From Acetofilamentum sp. (lineage in GTDB: Bacteria; Bacteroidota; Bacteroidia; Bacteroidales; JAFGXI01): DNA of 64,000 nucleotides. The position numbers were made by a program, and so were the translations under genes. Of the stretch, positions 38,590 to 45,730 are shown piece after piece. The notes under the pieces were generated by a model that was given only the letters and a program-made list of their open reading frames with translations, had not been told where the DNA came from and made no database searches. The stretch is from positions 7,334-71,333 of the forward strand of contig DYOK01000001.1 of NCBI GenBank assembly GCA_020720565.1, read 5' to 3'. Positions within the stretch are counted from its first letter, which is position 1. Each line of letters opens with the position of its first letter.

Positions 38590-38672
38590 GGTCTTCGACC
38601 TATTTCTGGTTTATGTAACTAGCTATTTATCAGATTTATAGCTTTATTAAATGCGTCAATAAATTATTATTC
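38587..38672 (+). repeat. Dispersed repeat, full copy
   Basis: TAAGGTCTTCGACCTATTTCTGGTTTATGTAACTAGCTATTTATCAGATTTATAGCTTTATTAAATGCGTCAATAAATTATTATTC. The head TAA is the meaB stop. Confidence 0.8.
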
Positions 38673-38691
38673 AAAGTACAATAAGTTCTTA

Positions 38692-39504
38692 TTAGAAAAA
38701 TTTCGACATTTGGATTTGAACTTCTGTAGCTTCTTTTCGGGCCGAATCGGCAAAACTCTCACTTGAATCGGCATAGATTATTCCTCTACTAGAATTGATT
38801 ATCAACCCCTTATCGGCATTAGAACCAAACTTTAAAACATCTTCCAAACTGCCGCCTTGAGCGCCTATTCCAGGAACCAATAAAAAGTGATTGGGTACAA
38901 TTTTCCGAACATCGGTCAACATTTCTGCTTTTGTTGCACCGACCACATACATCGTATTTTCTTTTGTGCCCCAAGTCGAAGACTTTTCTAAAACCTGTTC
39001 GAACAGGTACTGTGCTGAATCCGATTTTGTGGTCTGAAAGTCGTAAGCCCCAATATTACTAGTTAAGGCTAAGATAATTACCCACTTATTGTCGTATTCT
39101 AAGAATGGCGAAACAGAATCTTTACCCATATAAGGTGCAACTGTGACCGCATCAAAGTTCATATTTTCGAAAAAAGCTTTGGCGTACATTTTCGAAGTAT
39201 TTCCGATATCACCTCGCTTGGCATCTGCAATGGTAAATATTTCTGGATAACGCTCGTTCAAATAATGCATGGTTTTCTCTAAACTCTTCCATCCCGCTAA
39301 ACCCAAACTTTCGTAAAATGCTAAATTGGGTTTGTATGCTATTGTTTTTGAAGCTGTTGCATCAATAATTTGTTTATTAAATTCAAAGATTGGGTCATCA
39401 GATTTTAACAAATGAGTTGGAATTTTCTGAATGTCGGAATCTAATCCAACACAAAGCAAACTTTTTTTTGATTCAATATTCTGAACAAGTGTCTGATAAT
39501 TCAT
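38692..39504 (-). CDS. pyrF: Orotidine-5'-phosphate decarboxylase (type 2, long form)
   Basis: [19 protein letters not shown] and VPGIGAQGG motifs. Confidence 0.9.
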   Translation of the reverse strand: MNYQTLVQNIESKKSLLCVGLDSDIQKIPTHLLKSDDPIFEFNKQIIDATASKTIAYKPNLAFYESLGLAGWKSLEKTMHYLNERYPEIFTIADAKRGDIGNTSKMYAKAFFENMNFDAVTVAPYMGKDSVSPFLEYDNKWVIILALTSNIGAYDFQTTKSDSAQYLFEQVLEKSSTWGTKENTMYVVGATKAEMLTDVRKIVPNHFLLVPGIGAQGGSLEDVLKFGSNADKGLIINSSRGIIYADSSESFADSARKEATEVQIQMSKFF

Positions 39505-39515
39505 AGGTTACATGC

Positions 39516-40598
39516 TTAAGCCATTCCACTTTCGCGAAGACGCTCAGCGTTTTCTTCGAATTGTAATTTATCTATAATTTCTTGTATATCACCGTCCATA
39601 ATCGAAGGTAAATTATACATTGTTAGGCCAATACGGTGATCAGTCATACGGCCTTGTGGATAGTTGTAGGTTCTGATTTTTGCTGAACGGTCGCCAGTAG
39701 AAACCATTGTTTTTCTTTTAGATGCAATTTCGTCAAGGAATTTTTGATGTTCAAGGTTGTAAATCCTTGTTCTAAGCTCTTTCATGGCTTTATCCAAATT
39801 TTTAAGCTGGGATTTTTCATCTTGACAAGTCACGACTATACCTGTTGGAATGTGTGTTAATCGAATGGCAGAATATGTGGTATTGACCGATTGTCCTCCT
39901 GGTCCTGAAGAACAATACGTATCTTTGCGAATATCACCCTGATTAAGCACAATATCGAACTCTTCGGCCTCTGGTAATACAGCTACCGATGCTGCTGAGG
40001 TATGCACTCTACCCTGTGTTTCGGTTTGCGGTACACGTTGAACACGATGTACGCCAGACTCATATTTTAATGTGCCATATACTTTATTACCAGTTACCTC
40101 GACTACAACTTCTTTGTATCCTCCAGATGTCCCATCTGTAAACGAAGTGATTGAGTATTTCCAACCTTTACCATCCATGTATTTCGAATACATTCTAAAA
40201 AGGTCTCCAGCAAAAATACTGGCTTCATCGCCACCAGTACCGGCACGAATCTCCAGTACAGCGTTTTTGTCATCTTCGGGATCGGCAGGAAGTAACAGAA
40301 ACTTAATTTCATCTTCGAGGGGTGCAATCTGGCTTTCGAGAAGTTCAAGTTCTTGCTTGGCCATATCCCTCATCTCTTCATCTTTTTCGGTATTTAAAAT
40401 TTCTTTAGCTACCGCCAGATTACTATTGATGTCTTTATATTTCTTATATGCAGCAACAACAGGTTCTAATTGTTTGAATTCTTTATTCAGCTTAACGAAA
40501 CGCTTCATATCGTTAATAATCGAAGGATCGGTTATTAATTCAGCAACTTCGTCGAAACGAATTTTAACTCCATCGAGTTTTTCTAATAACATGCTCAT
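39516..40598 (-). CDS. prfA: Peptide chain release factor 1
   Basis: PET-type (RF1-like PxT) motif (RVPQTETQGR), GGQ motif (SGPGGQSVNTT) and full-length RF1 architecture. Confidence 0.96.
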   Translation of the reverse strand: MSMLLEKLDGVKIRFDEVAELITDPSIINDMKRFVKLNKEFKQLEPVVAAYKKYKDINSNLAVAKEILNTEKDEEMRDMAKQELELLESQIAPLEDEIKFLLLPADPEDDKNAVLEIRAGTGGDEASIFAGDLFRMYSKYMDGKGWKYSITSFTDGTSGGYKEVVVEVTGNKVYGTLKYESGVHRVQRVPQTETQGRVHTSAASVAVLPEAEEFDIVLNQGDIRKDTYCSSGPGGQSVNTTYSAIRLTHIPTGIVVTCQDEKSQLKNLDKAMKELRTRIYNLEHQKFLDEIASKRKTMVSTGDRSAKIRTYNYPQGRMTDHRIGLTMYNLPSIMDGDIQEIIDKLQFEENAERLRESGMA

Positions 40599-40699
40599 TT
40601 TTAACTTTTTTAGCTTGTCCTAATTTGATAGATAATATTTTTACAAAAGTCAATGACTTTTTTTCTTTTTTATTGAAAATTTATTTTAAAAAGTTGTTT

Positions 40700-41869
40700 T
40701 TAATATTCAAATATGCCTTTGTCACTTTTAATTGTTAATCGCTTAGAAGTCGATTTTTCAACACGTCCAACAATTTGAGCATCAACCCCAAACGATTTTG
40801 AAATTTCGATAATCGAAGGTGCAATACGCTGATTCACATAAAATTCGAATCGGTGTCCCATATTAAAAACTTTATACATTTCTGACCATTCGGTATTTGA
40901 CGATTTTTGAATGATATCAAATAATGGTGGCACATCGAATAAATTATCTTTAATGATATGGACTTGTTCGACAAAATGCAACACTTTTGTTTGAGCACCT
41001 CCAGAGCAATGAACCATGCCATGAATTTGACTGCGGTATTGATCTAAAACAGCCTTAACAATTGGTGCATAGGTTCTTGTGGGTGAAAGTACCAATTGTC
41101 CTGCATCGACATCTAAATTCTTAATGGTATCGGTTAATTGATAAGGTCCTGAGTATACCAAATGTTCTGGTATTAAATTATCATAACTTTCGGGATATTT
41201 TTTAGCTAATATATGATTAAAAACATCGTGACGTGCCGATGTTAAACCATTGCTGCCCATTCCTCCGTTGTATTGGGTTTCGTATTTTGCTTGACCAAAT
41301 GAAGCTAATCCAACAATGACATCACCTTCTTGGATTAACTCATTAGTAATAACGTCGCTTCGCTTCATTCGGGCAGTTACCGTAGAATCTACTATAATTG
41401 TACGAACTAAATCGCCCACATCGGCAGTTTCGCCACCAGTCAGATGAATGCTAATACCTTGATCTCTCAAATTTTCAAGGATTTCTTCGGTGCCTTGAAT
41501 TATCGCCGAAATAACTTCGCCGGGAATTAGGTTTTTATTCCTACCAATGGTAGAAGACACTATAATATTCTCAGTTGCACCCACGCACAATAAGTCATCG
41601 ATATTCATGACTAATGCATCTTGTGCAATTCCTTTCCAAACACTTAAATCGCCAGTTTCTTTCCAGTACATGTAGGCAAGAGATGATTTGGTGCCAGCAC
41701 CGTCGGCATGCATAATATTGCAATATTCAGGATTGTTTCCCAAAATATCGGGTATCACTTTGCAAAATGCTTTTGGGAAAAGACCCTTATCAATATTTCT
41801 GATAGCTTGATGAACATCTTCTTTCGATGCCGAAACTCCTCTGCTCTGGTATCTTTCGTTTTGTGACAT
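40700..41869 (-). CDS. purM: Phosphoribosylformylglycinamidine cyclo-ligase (AIR synthase, long Bacteroidota form)
   Basis: MSQNERYQSRGVSASKEDVH start, AIRS N and C domains (HADGAGTKS, GGETAD). I prefer the ATG at 41869 to 41902. Confidence 0.9.
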   Translation of the reverse strand: MSQNERYQSRGVSASKEDVHQAIRNIDKGLFPKAFCKVIPDILGNNPEYCNIMHADGAGTKSSLAYMYWKETGDLSVWKGIAQDALVMNIDDLLCVGATENIIVSSTIGRNKNLIPGEVISAIIQGTEEILENLRDQGISIHLTGGETADVGDLVRTIIVDSTVTARMKRSDVITNELIQEGDVIVGLASFGQAKYETQYNGGMGSNGLTSARHDVFNHILAKKYPESYDNLIPEHLVYSGPYQLTDTIKNLDVDAGQLVLSPTRTYAPIVKAVLDQYRSQIHGMVHCSGGAQTKVLHFVEQVHIIKDNLFDVPPLFDIIQKSSNTEWSEMYKVFNMGHRFEFYVNQRIAPSIIEISKSFGVDAQIVGRVEKSTSKRLTIKSDKGIFEY

Positions 41870-41953
41870 TACAAATACTTTTCTTTGATAAACGCAAATC
41901 ACTTTTGATAAAGTAATTCTGCTTTTAATAATAATTTAACTATTATGACATGA

Positions 41954-41986
41954 AAAGACGCCCCATTATACAATGGAGCGTCTTTT
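41954..41986 (-). terminator. Hairpin downstream of the OmpA-family gene
   Basis: AAAAGACGC...GCGTCTTTT arms with an internal CC/GG extension, 18 nt beyond the stop at 42004. Confidence 0.6.
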
Positions 41987-42003
41987 AAATATTTATAACA
42001 AAG

Positions 42004-44070
42004 CTACTCTTCTTCGGTAGCGGGTTCTTCTTCTGTAGCAGGAGTTTCTCCTTGTCCATTAGTACTAGGTGCCGCCATTTTAGGAGCCACAGGGAAGTCT
42101 GTTTTAAGTACTTTCAATTCTGTTCTTCTATTCAATTGATGAGCTACTTCTTGCTCTTCAACTGTAGCCAATCCTTTAATGAACTCTTCTGAAAGTACGT
42201 CACCTTCTTTTAAGAAAGAATAACGTTCTGCGTCTTCTTTAGCCACAGTAGCAGGAGTCGATTCTCCATAACCTTTAGCAACCAAACGTTCTTTTGGAAT
42301 ACCTTTAGTGATAAGATATTTTACAACAGACTCTGCACGTTGTTGAGCTAAAGTTTGATTTTTCTCTTCAGAACCACGGAAGTCGGTATGTGCACCCAAT
42401 TCAATAATAATACCTGGGTTATCGTTCAGAACTTCTACTAAATTATCGAGCGAAGCCATTGATTCGGGCATTAAGTCAGCTTTGGTATATTCGTAGAAAA
42501 TATTAGGAATTTTAATAGGTACCCAAACCGATTTCATAGTAATGTCAACCACAAAATCTTTATCTTCTTCAATACCTTTTGTCGATTCGCCAGCTTTACC
42601 ATTAAGATATTTATCGAACGACGATATCAATTGATAGTCTACATTTGGTAACAACTTAAATTCATACGAACCATCTACAGCAGTTAGCATTTCGGCTACA
42701 CTACCATCGCTACCTCTAAGTTCAACTTTTGCACCAGCTAAAATCTTGTCAGTTTTTTCGTCTTTAACCAAACCTTTGATAGTGAATTTCAAAGGAGGTA
42801 AAGTAAAATCATAAATATCTTCAGCACCTTTTCCTCCAGGCCGGCTAGACGTGAAATACCCTTGTTCTAAATTTCCTTTGAAGATAATACCAAAATCGTC
42901 AGCAGCAGAATTGATTGGAGATTTTAAATTACTTACTTTGTATTTGCCAGAATTTTTGTCTAATTCTGCACGAAAAATATCAAGACCACCCATGCCCACA
43001 TGGTAATCGGAAGAGAAATACAAATCGCCATTGTTTCGAATAGAAGGATAAACTTCGTTGCCAGGGGTATTAATTTCTGATCCCATATTGATGGGTTCGC
43101 CAAAAGGAGATGTCTTTTTCTCTCTTGTCATTTTCCAGATATCTTTTCCACCGTATCCACCAGGTAAATCGGCAGCAAAATACAAGGTCATTTCTTTGAT
43201 ATCAATTGAAGGATGTCCATAGCTTGCAGTATCACTACCTGGGAATGTAATTTCGATAGGTTCGCCAAAGCTTGCACCTTTTTTGTCGGCTTCACAAATT
43301 TTACAACCCAAGTTTTTATTTTTTTCTACTTTACATCGAGTAAAGAATATAGTAGAGCCTTTAACAGTTACCATAGACGCTCCTTCGTCGTTAACTGTAT
43401 TAATCAATTCACCTTCTAATGGCATTGGCTCTGACCAAGCACCTTTACGATCTTTAGTAACACTATAGATATCGGTAAATCCAAATCCAGTTACAGAGTG
43501 AGTTTGATCCCCTTTAGAACCAGACCGAGTAGACGAAAAGTAAACTATTCTATAGTCTTTGCTGCCCCAAGCTGGACAAAAATCCATATCTTTAGAATTA
43601 AACAAAGGCATGTTTTCTACTAAATAGCGTGTAGGTTTTTCGACCCAACGGGCAGCCATTTCGCACGACTCAACGCCAATTTTGGCTTTTTTATCGTTTG
43701 GAGCAAACTCGCCATATCGTTTGTAAGTTTTTACAGCCTCTTCGAAATTACCATTCTTTTTTTGCATATCGGCAAGGTAAAGAACAGCAATTGGATCGGG
43801 ATATTTGGCTTTAATGGCCTTATCGAACCAAGCTTGAGCTTGTTTGGGGTCGTTTTTTAACATGTATGCAACCCCAGTATTAAAAGCGATATTTGATATC
43901 CGTACAGGATCTTTCGCTTTAACAAAAGCTGCTTTAAAAAGCTCTACCGCACTAGCGTATTCGTTCAATTCTAAGGCTTCCATTGCTTGGATTTCTTCTT
44001 TGCTTTGAGAGAAAGCTGAATTGGCCACAAACACAAACACTAGAAAAAGTGTGATTTTTCGTAATAACAT
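42004..44070 (-). CDS. OmpA-family outer-membrane/periplasmic protein with TPR, TolB-like beta-propeller and CarboxypepD_reg-like regions
   Basis: Signal peptide and N-terminal TPR. Repeated propeller-like blades (SxxG..LYFSSD). C-terminal OmpA_C (GAHTDFRGSEEKNQTLAQQRAESV...NRRTE). Acidic PATEEE tail. Confidence 0.85.
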   Translation of the reverse strand: MLLRKITLFLVFVFVANSAFSQSKEEIQAMEALELNEYASAVELFKAAFVKAKDPVRISNIAFNTGVAYMLKNDPKQAQAWFDKAIKAKYPDPIAVLYLADMQKKNGNFEEAVKTYKRYGEFAPNDKKAKIGVESCEMAARWVEKPTRYLVENMPLFNSKDMDFCPAWGSKDYRIVYFSSTRSGSKGDQTHSVTGFGFTDIYSVTKDRKGAWSEPMPLEGELINTVNDEGASMVTVKGSTIFFTRCKVEKNKNLGCKICEADKKGASFGEPIEITFPGSDTASYGHPSIDIKEMTLYFAADLPGGYGGKDIWKMTREKKTSPFGEPINMGSEINTPGNEVYPSIRNNGDLYFSSDYHVGMGGLDIFRAELDKNSGKYKVSNLKSPINSAADDFGIIFKGNLEQGYFTSSRPGGKGAEDIYDFTLPPLKFTIKGLVKDEKTDKILAGAKVELRGSDGSVAEMLTAVDGSYEFKLLPNVDYQLISSFDKYLNGKAGESTKGIEEDKDFVVDITMKSVWVPIKIPNIFYEYTKADLMPESMASLDNLVEVLNDNPGIIIELGAHTDFRGSEEKNQTLAQQRAESVVKYLITKGIPKERLVAKGYGESTPATVAKEDAERYSFLKEGDVLSEEFIKGLATVEEQEVAHQLNRRTELKVLKTDFPVAPKMAAPSTNGQGETPATEEEPATEEE

Positions 44071-44190
44071 AATTTTAAAATTTTAGTCTAGTCATCAAAC
44101 GTCTGTAAAAGTATGTATTTTAATCGATTTAAAAAAACATTGATAATGCTCTTTCAAAACAAATGCCATTTTTTCTAGAATTTTTTAATC

Positions 44191-44198
44191 TACTTTTG
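44191..44198 (+). promoter_or_regulatory. Candidate -7 box (TACTTTTG) upstream of mqnB
   Basis: Exact TAnnTTTG match 20 nt upstream of the ATG at 44219. Confidence 0.4.
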
Positions 44199-44218
44199 TA
44201 CTTCTGTTTTGGAATAAA

Positions 44219-44836
44219 ATGAATAAAATTCTAATTATTGCGGCTACTAGCATTGAAATAGAGCCCCTTATAAACAATTGTCCCGCTAATGTCGACCTAT
44301 TGATTACAGGTATTGGCTCAGCTTCTAGTATTCTAGAAACTTGTATTAAATTATCTAAAAATAACTATAAACTTCTTATAAACATTGGAATAGCAGGCTC
44401 TTATCACAGTAAATTTGAGATTGGTCAAGTTGTTCAAGTGGTTCACGACGAATTTGGCGATTTAGGCTTCGAAGATGCAAATACTTTTATTCCAATTCAA
44501 AAAACAAAATGGTACTCGGTACCTAAAAACATCAATAACATCTATTCATTAGCTGATGATTTTGAATTAATAAAAGTCAATGGGCTAACTGTTAACCGCA
44601 CTGCGGGTTGCGAATCAACCATTTTAGAACGAAAAAGCATATTTAATGCAGATGTCGAAACAATGGAATCGGCTGCTTTTTTTATGATTTCTGAAAAATT
44701 CTCTATTCCTCTTTTATCTCTTCGAGCTATTTCGAATCAGGTCGAAGTAAGAAATATTGAACTTTGGAATATCCCTTTCGCTGTAGCAGAGTTGCATCAA
44801 ACATTAAGAAAAATATTAAACACAATTCAATTATAA
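44219..44836 (+). CDS. mqnB: Futalosine hydrolase (PNP/UDP phosphorylase fold)
   Basis: MNKILIIAATSIEIEPL...GIGSAS...NIGIAGS nucleosidase pattern. It is translationally adjacent to mqnD. Confidence 0.75.
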   Translation: MNKILIIAATSIEIEPLINNCPANVDLLITGIGSASSILETCIKLSKNNYKLLINIGIAGSYHSKFEIGQVVQVVHDEFGDLGFEDANTFIPIQKTKWYSVPKNINNIYSLADDFELIKVNGLTVNRTAGCESTILERKSIFNADVETMESAAFFMISEKFSIPLLSLRAISNQVEVRNIELWNIPFAVAELHQTLRKILNTIQL

Positions 44837-44837
44837 T

Positions 44838-45677
44838 ATGCCAACATTAAGTTTAGGATTTTCAACTTGCCCCAACGATACGTTTATTTTCGATGCTATG
44901 GTTCATCATAAAATTGATACTTTCGGGTATCATTTCGATTTAATAATGGGCGATGTGGAAGAACTTAATCAAATGGCCTTGAAAAGTGAATTAGATATTA
45001 CTAAACTTAGCTACCATGCCTATGCTTATTTGTGGTCGCAATATGCAATATTAAATTCGGGAAGTGCTTTAGGTAAAAATAATGGGCCATTATTAATAAG
45101 CAAAAAGAAAATATATCCCGACGAAATTGAACATCTTAAAATTGCTATTCCTGGCGTTCATACCACTGCTAATTTGTTGTTTTCTATTGCTTTTCCAAAA
45201 GCTACAAACAAAAAAGAGTATTTATTTTCAGATATTGAGACTGCCATATTAGACCAAGAAGTTGATGCTGGACTAATTATACATGAGAATCGATTTACCT
45301 ATTTAAACAAAGGCTTAATTAAAATTGTTGATTTAGGCGAGTTCTGGGAAAATTCTACCCATCAGACTATTCCTCTCGGTGGAATTGTAGTAAAGAGGAG
45401 TTTATCGAACCAAACTCAAGTTCAAATCAATCAAATGATTAGAAAGAGCATCGAATATGCTTATGCTAATCCGAGTTCGGCAACTGCATTTATGAAGCAA
45501 TATGCTCAAGAAATGCAAGAAGATATTATGAAACAACACACCGATTTGTATGTCAACAATTTTACTTTCGACTTGGGACAAGATGGCCAGAAATCGATAG
45601 AAATGCTTTATACAAAAGCATTTGATTTAGGGCTTATTCCCTCTTTACCACAAGATGTTTTTGTTACACCTTATTGA
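44838..45677 (+). CDS. mqnD: 1,4-dihydroxy-6-naphthoate synthase
   Basis: LSLGFSTCPNDTFIFDAMVHHKIDT is the characteristic MqnD N-terminus. The length also fits. Confidence 0.8.
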   Translation: MPTLSLGFSTCPNDTFIFDAMVHHKIDTFGYHFDLIMGDVEELNQMALKSELDITKLSYHAYAYLWSQYAILNSGSALGKNNGPLLISKKKIYPDEIEHLKIAIPGVHTTANLLFSIAFPKATNKKEYLFSDIETAILDQEVDAGLIIHENRFTYLNKGLIKIVDLGEFWENSTHQTIPLGGIVVKRSLSNQTQVQINQMIRKSIEYAYANPSSATAFMKQYAQEMQEDIMKQHTDLYVNNFTFDLGQDGQKSIEMLYTKAFDLGLIPSLPQDVFVTPY

Positions 45678-45730
45678 TTCTTTGTAATATTTACAGATCC
45701 AATTTGTTATTAAGAATAAAACGCTTTTAT

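Noticed and set aside
40072-40623. 183-aa plus-strand ORF, Ser-rich, opposite prfA
   Set aside because: It lies entirely antisense to a full-length, motif-complete RF1 gene. Its low-complexity Ser/Leu composition is typical of antisense frames in AT-rich coding sequence.
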